Source: Flavobacteriales bacterium
GTDB taxonomy: Bacteria; Bacteroidota; Bacteroidia; NS11-12g; UBA9320
Assembly (NCBI GenBank): GCA_020635395.1
Contig: JACJZV010000001.1
Location: 647,545-711,544, forward strand
DNA length: 64,000 bases
Direction: 5' to 3'
Every line of letters begins with the position of its first letter. The stretch's first letter is position 1. A model generated the notes under the pieces. The model saw nothing but the letters and a program-made list of their open reading frames with translations. It was not told the DNA's origin and made no database searches. Below are positions 1 to 8,173 of the stretch, in pieces. Made by a program: the position numbers and the translations under genes.

Positions 1-150
1 AAAAGTAACTCTATTTTTCAACTATTTCAAAAAAGTTGCAATTTTAATCTTCTTATTATCAGCGAGTTAATTGTGTTTTGTTTTTGAGGTAAAAATCTAA
101 AATAGCGTTGAGGGTAGTTGTGCAACAGCTACCCGTGTTAGCAGTAGCAA
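1..150. repeat. Cassette-associated repeat A1. It is about 98% identical to 44683..44832 and lies immediately 3' (minus-strand sense) of the beta-lactamase gene
   Basis: Direct comparison of 1..150 with 44683..44832 shows only about 3 mismatches. It carries the internal 10-bp motif GTTGTGCAAC (117..126) and the terminal motifs cagctaccc and gttagcRgtag. Confidence 0.8.
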
Positions 151-153
151 TTC

Positions 154-960
154 TCATCTATCAGTTAGTTTGAGGTCGTTAAGGATTAAATAAACAATGT
201 CTATTCGAGCATTTGCAAAGTCCTTATTGTTTAAGTCAGCCGATTGAATGCAGTTAGCGAAATAATAAACTTTGTCTTTATTCTCAAGATAGCCAACATA
301 CCACCCAATATCTTTATTGTCTTGTCCGCCCCAACCAGTTTTTGCTCTAATTACATAATTCAATGTGTCCTTTGCAATCATTATATTTTTAACAATATCC
401 ATTGAACGCTTTGAAAAGGGAAGTTGGTTGTCGTGAAGTCGTTTTAAAAAGTCAATTTGTTGTTTGGGAGAAACACGAAGTCCACCAGTAAGCCAAAACT
501 TGTCTATGCCACCTGAAGTGTCAACGTTTCCATAGTTTGCTTTATCAAGCCAGTATTTCATTTGTTGTCCGCCAACTCGTTTTGCAAGTTCTTGATAATA
601 CCAAACTGTAGAATTTTTGAAAGCGGTCTTTAAGTCGTGGTCGCTATTCCAGTTTGGGTTTTGTCGGGTTACACTGTCCCAAGGAATTACAAAGTTCTCG
701 TCTTTAATTACTCCTGTCTCAAGTCCGATAAGCGAGTTACAAATTTTATAAGTCGAGGCAGGTGAAAAAGTTTGCTCGAATTGGTCTTTGTTGTAAAAAA
801 CATATTTGTCGTCTTGTGGGTCGTAAAGAACGAAAGAACCGCCAACATTAAATTGGTCGTAATATTTTTTAAAGTCGTCACGAATTTCTACCACCTGCTT
901 TTGCTTACAAGCTGTTAGTCCGAGAACCATTAAAGTCAAAATTATTATTGTCTTTTTCAC
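154..960 (-). CDS. Class D (OXA-family) beta-lactamase, lipoprotein-type signal peptide
   Basis: The 268-aa product has a lipoprotein-like N-terminus (LTAC). It has the class D active-site motifs STYK (S-x-x-K), STV (S-x-V), YGN and KTGWG plus a downstream W. Likely GTG start. Confidence 0.8.
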   Translation of the reverse strand: MKKTIIILTLMVLGLTACKQKQVVEIRDDFKKYYDQFNVGGSFVLYDPQDDKYVFYNKDQFEQTFSPASTYKICNSLIGLETGVIKDENFVIPWDSVTRQNPNWNSDHDLKTAFKNSTVWYYQELAKRVGGQQMKYWLDKANYGNVDTSGGIDKFWLTGGLRVSPKQQIDFLKRLHDNQLPFSKRSMDIVKNIMIAKDTLNYVIRAKTGWGGQDNKDIGWYVGYLENKDKVYYFANCIQSADLNNKDFANARIDIVYLILNDLKLTDR

Positions 961-964
961 TGTC

Positions 965-1045
965 GTTATATTGTTACTGCTAACGTTTTGCAGCTACCCG
1001 AAGGGCGGGGCTTTCGGAGCACTAATCTGTCAAGCTACGATAATG
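965..1045. repeat. Cassette-associated repeat C1 (module family C)
   Basis: The modules ttacYgcYaacgKtt, gcagctaccc and gggcgggKtttcggagcac are shared with 45270..45340 and 42605..42660. On the minus strand it reads GGGTAGCTG..GTTAGCAGTAA about 15 bp before the beta-lactamase start. Confidence 0.6.
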
Positions 1046-1050
1046 TTTAT

Positions 1051-2844
1051 TTATTGTACAACTGTTCCAATTCCCACTTCAGCCCCCGCTTTTGGCAAGG
1101 TGCTGTTAGCACCCGTTTTTATTTCTGTTAATTTGTCAACCAGGTCTTTCGGGAACATATTTAGTTTTCTTAATGCTTTAAACAAGGTCTTAAAATTAAT
1201 AATTGTGCTTGTGAAAATATTATTATAAACTTCATTCAATATCGTTTTTCCTCGTCTGTTCAATAACCATTTCGGATATAATAAAATTGTCTCACCAACA
1301 AATGACACTTCAATTCTTTCTGTTTCAGTCGCTGGGTCGAAATCAGGAAAGTATTTTTTTAATTCAGGTTCTACTATAGATATTATAGCGTCTGCGACTT
1401 TCTGTAAAGTTTCAGCAGGAAGCGATTTTAATTTGTATTCTTCGCCTACTGATAGCTTCAAACCCTCAACAGCTGGATTCTTTTCCTTGTCAATTAGTGC
1501 GGCATAAACAAGGATTGGATCAGCTAAATAATTTTCAATACTATATCTGTCTATTTTATAGACACCGTCAGATACGGCATTACCAGTGTCTGCGTCAATT
1601 AGTCCTTGAACAATATTTACTAATCCTGATTCTTGTAGCTTATTTACCCAATTCTGAACAACATCTTTGCCGCCTGATTTGTCTTTCGTAGATGCTGGAA
1701 TAAATACTAATGGAATATTTGCATCGATTTGATTTTCTGTTGTAAGTTGATTGTAAGCAAATGAATAAAATGAAACATCATCGTTGTCTTCAACAAGAAA
1801 ATACTTAGTTCCTTCACCTACATAAACCAATCCTGCTGTCAAGAGTGAAACAGAATGATTTTTTGAAGGGGATTTTCTAATTCGAGGTTCAACTCGTGAC
1901 ATTTCATAAATTGAATTATTGGGTGCAAGAATAACTGTTGAAGGAGAGTGGGTGGTCATTATTACTTGGACTCCAAATTTGTCAACAAGAACATTTTTGA
2001 TAACATTTAAAAACTGTTGAGACATTGATGGGTGCAGATGAGCATCAGGTTCGTCAAGTAATAATAATTTTGGAAATACTTTTTTTTCTTGGGAGTTGTA
2101 CAAATAAAACACTAATGAAATAAGTACTTTTTCTCCTGAAGACAAGTCATTAAAATTTATTTCCTCGTTTAATATTTGATGAGTAAGTTTTAATTGAAAG
2201 CCATCTCGAATTCCATTGTTTGAAGGGTCATTAACATCAAATGGTAATTTTGATTCTTTAATAATTTCTTTTAAAACAACCCACGGTTTTTCCCCGATTG
2301 ATTTTTTTATATTTTCTTCCGTTTCGTGTTTAGCCTGCAGTTCTATTTCGGATAACCTGTAATTATAAAAAACTTCACCAATCTTTTGACTTAGTTGGCT
2401 TTCCTGCTCAATTAATATCTCAGGAAAATATTCGTAAAATTCTTCTTTCGTTATGACATTGAATTGTTTCCCTGTTTTCTTAATAATTTCTTGGCATGCC
2501 CAAAACATTTTAATTTGTCCTTCTTGGTTTCTTTGATAGTTGCCACCTTTAAAGTTATTATAGTAACCATCCATCTGTTGCTGAATGGTAGAAAGATTAA
2601 CGTGTCCCGTATTTTGTAGTTGCCACTCTCCCTTAAGAAAAGTAACCTCATCTGGTTTGATGGATTTCCCTGTTATAACAACTCTTTCGGTAGTTCCTTG
2701 TTTATTGATAATCGTATTATGAATTAAATCTAATAGTTGCGATTTACCAGTTCCATTAGGTCCAGTTATTACAACGAAGTCAGGAATGTCTGTCCAGTTA
2801 AAACTTGTAATTGATTTGTATTTTTTGTCGAATTTTATTTCCAT
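1051..2844 (-). CDS. OLD-family ATP-dependent endonuclease (ABC-type ATPase plus C-terminal Toprim). Candidate anti-phage defence gene
   Basis: Walker A GPNGTGKS, Walker B LLLLDEPDAHLHP, a C-terminal Toprim-like LVEDNDD and IDADTG, and single-gene organisation. The start is trimmed from 2901 to the internal Met (MEIKFDK) at 2844. Confidence 0.7.
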   Translation of the reverse strand: MEIKFDKKYKSITSFNWTDIPDFVVITGPNGTGKSQLLDLIHNTIINKQGTTERVVITGKSIKPDEVTFLKGEWQLQNTGHVNLSTIQQQMDGYYNNFKGGNYQRNQEGQIKMFWACQEIIKKTGKQFNVITKEEFYEYFPEILIEQESQLSQKIGEVFYNYRLSEIELQAKHETEENIKKSIGEKPWVVLKEIIKESKLPFDVNDPSNNGIRDGFQLKLTHQILNEEINFNDLSSGEKVLISLVFYLYNSQEKKVFPKLLLLDEPDAHLHPSMSQQFLNVIKNVLVDKFGVQVIMTTHSPSTVILAPNNSIYEMSRVEPRIRKSPSKNHSVSLLTAGLVYVGEGTKYFLVEDNDDVSFYSFAYNQLTTENQIDANIPLVFIPASTKDKSGGKDVVQNWVNKLQESGLVNIVQGLIDADTGNAVSDGVYKIDRYSIENYLADPILVYAALIDKEKNPAVEGLKLSVGEEYKLKSLPAETLQKVADAIISIVEPELKKYFPDFDPATETERIEVSFVGETILLYPKWLLNRRGKTILNEVYNNIFTSTIINFKTLFKALRKLNMFPKDLVDKLTEIKTGANSTLPKAGAEVGIGTVVQ

Positions 2845-2861
2845 AGTTGTCTGTCTTAAAA

Positions 2862-2930
2862 TGGCAGCTAACATCCCTATATGCCCAATACAATAGTCCA
2901 ATTGTGCATATTTCCATTATCTATGCAACA
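2862..2930 (-). promoter_or_regulatory. Conserved array-head element H1. It is about 80% identical to 51812..51880 and placed about -18 to -86 relative to the first gene of array 1
   Basis: The blocks tagataatggaaatatgc, attgtattgggcatata and ggatgtta are shared with H2 at the same distance from the start codon of the first gene of array 2. It contains GTTAGCTGCC. Confidence 0.5.
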
Positions 2931-3326
2931 ATACATGCGACGCTGAAGATGTGGCTTCACCGCCAAACTCACACGGTCATGAGTTGTCTCATTCATCTGT
3001 CAAAAATATCTTTTTTCATAATAAATCCAAGCCTCTCCTTAATGACTTGTTGGTGGGTATTGCTAATTTTTTAAAGTGATGGTATAAAATTCCAATTTAC
3101 CCAACTCTATAAAGTCAATCGCACAAATCTTGATAAAGATTAAACGCTTTAAAATCAGCACACTAAATCCGTTATACCCATTTTCAAACGTTTTCAAGTG
3201 TTTTTATACGTATCTAAATGTTTTAAAAACCGATGGCACAAAATACCGCCCCAATCTTTGCAGTGTCGGAAATGGTTAAAACCCCACACCGACTTTTTTA
3301 AAGTAACATATTAATTTTTTAAACAC

Positions 3327-3665
3327 ATGAACACACTAAGAAACAGCGTACGATTGACAGGTCATTTGGGTGCTAACCCTGAGGTAAAAGAAGTAGCGGG
3401 CGGTAAAAAAATAGCTCGGTTTACGCTGGCCACCAACGAAACCTACCGCAAACAAGACGGCGAAAAAGTGACCGAAACCACCTGGCATCAGTTGTATGCC
3501 TGGGGAAAAACGGCTGAAATTGCCGAAAAATACCTCAAAAAAGGGCAAGAAATAAGCATTGAAGGCAAACTTACCAACCGCACTTGGGAAGACGAAAACG
3601 GCCACAAACGCAACATTACCGAAGTGCAGGTAAACGAGGTAATGATGTTTGGCAAAAAGGATTGA
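3327..3665 (+). CDS. ssb: Single-stranded DNA-binding protein (short form)
   Basis: The 112-aa product has an OB-fold SSB signature (TGHLGANPEV, FTLATNETYR, TTWHQLYAWGKTAE). Confidence 0.8.
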   Translation: MNTLRNSVRLTGHLGANPEVKEVAGGKKIARFTLATNETYRKQDGEKVTETTWHQLYAWGKTAEIAEKYLKKGQEISIEGKLTNRTWEDENGHKRNITEVQVNEVMMFGKKD

Positions 3666-3776
3666 GGCTTTTCGATTTTTTTTTGAACCATTAAGGCATT
3701 GAGGTAGTTAAGTCTGCGGATAAAATCTTATTGTACCTTAAAGCCTTAATGGTTTAGAACATTTAAGCTTTAAAAT

Positions 3777-4271
3777 TTATTCACTTCCCAATTTAAGCTC
3801 CTGCAACCGATTTATCAAGTTTTGGCCAAAAACTCCGGTGGCTATTACCACTCCGGCAGAGTCCACCAAATAGTTTTGAGGCAGGTAGTGGGGCAATTTC
3901 ATTTGGGTTAATAGCGGACTATCCCATTTGGCAGTGTCTATGGCATGTGTCGGCCATGTTATTCGGTCGTTTCTTATGGCTTTTTGCCACACCAAACTAT
4001 CGGTATCCAATGCGATGCTCACTATTTCAAAACCGTTTCCGTTTTTAAAGTTGGTGGTTTTGTATTGCTGATAGATGGTGTTTAATTCTCCGTTTTGTAT
4101 GCGGCATGGCAAACACCACGTACCCCAAAATTCTACCAAAATGAGTTTGCCTTTTATGCTGTCGGAAGCAATTTGATAATGCGTTTTTAGAGATTGAAAA
4201 TCGAAGGAGTGTTGGTTGTTTTGTGAAAAACTAAATAGCACTAAAAGCGGTATGACTGCCAACTTTTTCAT
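3777..4271 (-). CDS. TlpA-like thioredoxin-family thiol:disulfide oxidoreductase, secreted
   Basis: Signal peptide, a WCLPC CxxC motif, and about 160 aa. Confidence 0.7.
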   Translation of the reverse strand: MKKLAVIPLLVLFSFSQNNQHSFDFQSLKTHYQIASDSIKGKLILVEFWGTWCLPCRIQNGELNTIYQQYKTTNFKNGNGFEIVSIALDTDSLVWQKAIRNDRITWPTHAIDTAKWDSPLLTQMKLPHYLPQNYLVDSAGVVIATGVFGQNLINRLQELKLGSE

Positions 4272-5575
4272 TACAATCTTACAATGTCGGCACCGATAGC
4301 ATTCAACCGATGCTCGATGTTTTGATAGCCACGGTCTATTTGCTCAATGTTGTGAATGGTGCTGACCCCGTCGGCACTCATGGCGGCAATAAGTAGTGAA
4401 ACTCCTGCACGAATGTCGGGCGATGTCATTTGTATGCCTTTTAAATTTATGCGTCTGTCAAGCCCCATAACCGTTGCCCGGTGCGGGTCGCACAATATTA
4501 TTTGAGCACCCATGTCAATTAGGCTATCCACAAAAAATAAGCGGCTTTCAAACATCTTTTGATGTATCAACACATTGCCTTTTGCCTGCGTACACATTAC
4601 CAAGATAACACTCAACAAGTCAGGCGTTAGGCCAGGCCAAATAGCATCGGCAATGGTCATCATGCTGCCATCTATAAAACTTTCTATTTCGTAGTGTTCA
4701 TTATTAAACACCCGAATGTCGTCGTTTATTAATTCAAAATGCACACCTAATCGGCGGAAAGTTTCAGGGATTATTCCTAATTCCTTGTATTGCACATTTT
4801 TGATGGTTATGTCGGAATTGGTAAGAGCGGCCATGGCCATAAAACTGCCTATTTCAATCATATCGGGCAGCAAAGTGTGCGTGCATCCACCCAAATAATC
4901 AACCCCCTCAATGGTTAATAAATTTGAACCTACACCCGAAATTTTGGCTCCCATGCTGTTAAGCATTTTGCACAACTGTTGCAAATAGGGTTCGCAAGCG
5001 GCGTTGTATATGGTGGTAGTGCCTTTGGCCATGCTGGCGGCCATCACAATGTTGGCCGTTCCGGTCACCGATGCTTCATCCAGCAGCATATAGGTTCCGG
5101 TAAGTTTTTCGGCTTCTATCTCGTAAAAATTCTCATCGGGTAAAAAAGTAAATTTTGCACCCAAATTTTGAAACCCGATAAAGTGGGTGTCCAATCTTCG
5201 TCGGCCAATTTTATCACCACCGGGACTTGGGATATAACCTTTGCCAAAACGTGCCAACAAAGGTCCAATAATCATAACCGAACCCCGAATGCTTTTTGCT
5301 GTTTTTCTGAATTCGGCTGAGTTTAGATAGTCAAGGTCAATATTGTTTGATTCAAATCGGTAGTCGTTTTCGTTTAATTTTTCTACCGATACACCAAGAC
5401 CCCGCAACAGTTCAATAAGCCGGTTTACATCTCGAATGTTAGGAATGTTTTTTATAACAATTTCTTCGGGAGAAAGAAGCACAGCCGAAAGCACCTGAAG
5501 TGCCTCGTTTTTAGCTCCTTGCGGAATAATTTCGCCTTTAAGTTTTTTGCCTCCGGTTATTTTAAACGTTCCCAT
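4271..5575 (-). CDS. murA: UDP-N-acetylglucosamine 1-carboxyvinyltransferase
   Basis: 434 aa with an N-terminus (MGTFKITGGKKLKGEI..QGAKNEAL) typical of MurA/EPSP-fold enzymes. Confidence 0.85.
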   Translation of the reverse strand: MGTFKITGGKKLKGEIIPQGAKNEALQVLSAVLLSPEEIVIKNIPNIRDVNRLIELLRGLGVSVEKLNENDYRFESNNIDLDYLNSAEFRKTAKSIRGSVMIIGPLLARFGKGYIPSPGGDKIGRRRLDTHFIGFQNLGAKFTFLPDENFYEIEAEKLTGTYMLLDEASVTGTANIVMAASMAKGTTTIYNAACEPYLQQLCKMLNSMGAKISGVGSNLLTIEGVDYLGGCTHTLLPDMIEIGSFMAMAALTNSDITIKNVQYKELGIIPETFRRLGVHFELINDDIRVFNNEHYEIESFIDGSMMTIADAIWPGLTPDLLSVILVMCTQAKGNVLIHQKMFESRLFFVDSLIDMGAQIILCDPHRATVMGLDRRINLKGIQMTSPDIRAGVSLLIAAMSADGVSTIHNIEQIDRGYQNIEHRLNAIGADIVRL

Positions 5576-5581
5576 TTCTGC

Positions 5582-6253
5582 CTATCTGCGTTTAAAGTTT
5601 TTATTGTTGTTTCGGTTACCCCCGTTGTTGTTATTGTTTTTATTGTTGTTTTTCTTTACTTTATTTTTTGATTTTCCATTTTTGTTTCTAACTCGGTTTA
5701 CCTCAATATGAATCTGCAAATCATCTTCCGTCAGTTTTAATTGTCCTTTCGACAAGGTTCGCAAATGCTCAATTACGGCTATTTTGTCAAGGTTTTCATC
5801 ATTCCAGTTTCTTGATGAGTTTACCATAAAACTGGCGATATAGTTGATAAAAGCAGTTTGAATTTCTTTGTCTTTTATGTCTAACGCCTGCTCTACCATT
5901 GTTTGTAGATTGCGGCCATAAAAACGAAATTTTATGAGCTCATCTTTATATGGAATTGGTCGTGGCTTTTGCTCAATATGCTCGCGAACAGGCATGTTGT
6001 ATTCTGTGTCAACATCCAGTTTATAATCGCTGATAATGTATAGGTGATCCCAAAGTTTTTGTTTGTAATCTTCCAATGATTTTACCTCTGGGTTAAGGTT
6101 AATCATCACCTGAATCAATGTGTTAGCAAGCTCAGTGCGTTTGGCCTTATCTGGCAAATTGCAAACGTGCGTTACCATTTCTTGAAATGAGCGTCCATAC
6201 TCAGAAATGGTTAAAGGCTCCATTTGGGTATTATAATCCATGTTGTGTTCCAT
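5582..6253 (-). CDS. DUF4290-family protein with a C-terminal basic Asn/Lys-rich low-complexity tail
   Basis: Conserved Bacteroidetes family found next to murA. The tail is KNKVKKNNNKNNNNNGGNRNNNKNFKRR. Confidence 0.6.
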   Translation of the reverse strand: MEHNMDYNTQMEPLTISEYGRSFQEMVTHVCNLPDKAKRTELANTLIQVMINLNPEVKSLEDYKQKLWDHLYIISDYKLDVDTEYNMPVREHIEQKPRPIPYKDELIKFRFYGRNLQTMVEQALDIKDKEIQTAFINYIASFMVNSSRNWNDENLDKIAVIEHLRTLSKGQLKLTEDDLQIHIEVNRVRNKNGKSKNKVKKNNNKNNNNNGGNRNNNKNFKRR

Positions 6254-6290
6254 AGGGCAAAAGTAGCTTTAAAATGGGGGAAATAGATAG

Positions 6291-7385
6291 TTAGCTGAGC
6301 ATCGACACAAAATCGTCGAACAAATAGCGAGAATCATGTGGTCCGGGGTTTGCCTCTGGGTGATATTGCACCGCAAACGCTGGTTTGTTTTTTAACCGGA
6401 TACCTTCCACGGTACCATCATTCAAATTTTTGTGTGTTATCTCGGCCAAATCAGCCACAATGCTGTCGGGGTCAATGGCAAATCCGTGGTTTTGAGAAGT
6501 TATTTCACTTCTTCCGGTAACTATGTTTTGAACCGGATGGTTCAATCCTCGGTGTCCGTGGTGCATTTTAAAGGTTCGCATTCCAACGGCTTGAGCCAAT
6601 ATTTGACTACCCAAACAAATGCCAAAGGTCTTTTCGTTGTTGTCCACAATGTCTTTCACCACATCGGTTTCAAAGGCCATAACACCCGGATCACCGGGGC
6701 CGTTAGAAAGCATAAACCCATCCGGATTCCATGCTTTCATTTCATTGTATGTGGTTTTGCTCGGAAATACTTTTAAGTAACAATCTCGTTCGGCAAGGCA
6801 TCGCAAAATGTTGGTTTTTACTCCATAATCAAGCACAGCTACTTTGTATTTGGCATTTGCATCACCATAAAAGTACGGGCTTGTTGTGGTTACTTTCGAA
6901 CTCAATTCTAAGCCTTCCATAGACGGAACTGTGGCTAATTTTTGTTTTAAAACATCCACATCCAATTCATCAGAACTGATGATGCAATTCATAGCACCCT
7001 TGCTTCTGATATGTCGAACTATTTGACGGGTGTCCACATCGGAAATACCAATCAAATTGTTGTCTATCAAATAGTCGTTAAGGCTTAGGTTGGCCATTTT
7101 GCGACTAAATTTTTGACTGAATTTTTTGCAAATCAACCCGCTGATTTTAATGCTGTTCGATTCTACGTCTTCCAAGCTGGTGCCATAGTTTCCTATGTGG
7201 TCGGTGGTCATTACCACCACTTGGCCGTAGTATGAAGGGTCGGTAAAAACTTCCTGATAGCCCGTCATTCCTGTGTTGAAGCAAATTTCGCCAACGGTAG
7301 TGCCTATTTTTCCGATTGCTTTTCCGCTGAAAACGCTACCATCTTCAAGAACTAAGATGGCGGATTGTCCTGTTGTATTGTCCAC
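6291..7385 (-). CDS. carA: Carbamoyl-phosphate synthase small (glutaminase) subunit
   Basis: CPSase small-subunit N-domain followed by a class I glutamine amidotransferase domain (GICLGSQ, HHG, QYHPE). Confidence 0.85.
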   Translation of the reverse strand: MDNTTGQSAILVLEDGSVFSGKAIGKIGTTVGEICFNTGMTGYQEVFTDPSYYGQVVVMTTDHIGNYGTSLEDVESNSIKISGLICKKFSQKFSRKMANLSLNDYLIDNNLIGISDVDTRQIVRHIRSKGAMNCIISSDELDVDVLKQKLATVPSMEGLELSSKVTTTSPYFYGDANAKYKVAVLDYGVKTNILRCLAERDCYLKVFPSKTTYNEMKAWNPDGFMLSNGPGDPGVMAFETDVVKDIVDNNEKTFGICLGSQILAQAVGMRTFKMHHGHRGLNHPVQNIVTGRSEITSQNHGFAIDPDSIVADLAEITHKNLNDGTVEGIRLKNKPAFAVQYHPEANPGPHDSRYLFDDFVSMLS

Positions 7386-7453
7386 GTTTTTCTATTTGTG
7401 CAAAGGTAATCCAAACACCATGTCGGCCAAAGCGATGTTGAAAAATTGAGGAA

Positions 7454-8173
7454 TCAAATGTTGTCGTATTTTCTCAATAAATTAAGAAATGCTGCCATAT
7501 CCTTGGGTAAGGCGGCATCAACACTATATTGTTTGCCAAATAATTCAAATTGCAGAGAGTGGGCGTGCAATGCGGCTCGGGTTATCAAGGGTTGCTCTTC
7601 GGTTAATTTTTTGAGATTAAAATTCTTTTTAAATGTTCTTAAAAATGGCAGTTGCCCTCCATAGGCCACATCTCCGGCTATTGGGGCATTTTGCGAGGCA
7701 AGATGAATTCGGATTTGGTGTAATCTTCCGGTAATGGGTTTTGACTCTATCAAACTGAAATGCTTAAATTGCTCCAAAACTTGAAAGAGGGTTTGAGCAG
7801 GTTTGCCATTCAATTTGTCAATTTTTGCTCTGCCTTTAGAACTGACCGAGAGGGGCAGATCCACTTCAAATTTTTCAAAATAATGCCGTCCGTCGGCAAT
7901 GGCCCAGTAGGTTTTATCCATCTGCCGTTTCTCGAATTTTACAGCTATTTCGCGGTATGTTTCCGCATTTTTAGCAATGAGCAGTATGCCCGACGTTTCC
8001 TTATCCAACCGATGACAAAGCTGAGCATCTGCATAATAATTTTGAGCCAATTCTTGTACGCTCATGGCAATCCCGATTCGCTCTTGCAAACTCGACACCA
8101 TGGGCGGCTTATTGATAATCAGTAGATTTTCATCTTCCTGAATCAAAATGTCTTCAAAACGTTTGATTTTCAT
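7454..8173 (-). CDS. RluA-family pseudouridine synthase
   Basis: Catalytic motif HRLDKETSGILLIAKN and about 239 aa. Confidence 0.75.
   Translation of the reverse strand: MKIKRFEDILIQEDENLLIINKPPMVSSLQERIGIAMSVQELAQNYYADAQLCHRLDKETSGILLIAKNAETYREIAVKFEKRQMDKTYWAIADGRHYFEKFEVDLPLSVSSKGRAKIDKLNGKPAQTLFQVLEQFKHFSLIESKPITGRLHQIRIHLASQNAPIAGDVAYGGQLPFLRTFKKNFNLKKLTEEQPLITRAALHAHSLQFELFGKQYSVDAALPKDMAAFLNLLRKYDNI

Noticed and set aside
971-1228. 85-aa plus-strand ORF across repeat C1 and the OLD gene 3' end
   Set aside because: It is antisense to OLD and spans repeat DNA. No support.
2931-3326. tRNA or other RNA gene in the 400-bp gap between array 1 and ssb
   Set aside because: No tRNA-like T-arm or acceptor signatures were found by eye. 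Only a weak stem (gtcgg..ccgac) with a T-run was seen.
3336-3691. Antisense ORFs 3336..3605 and 3488..3691 opposite ssb
   Set aside because: They lie fully inside a well-supported ssb gene, have low-complexity products, and have no homology signal.
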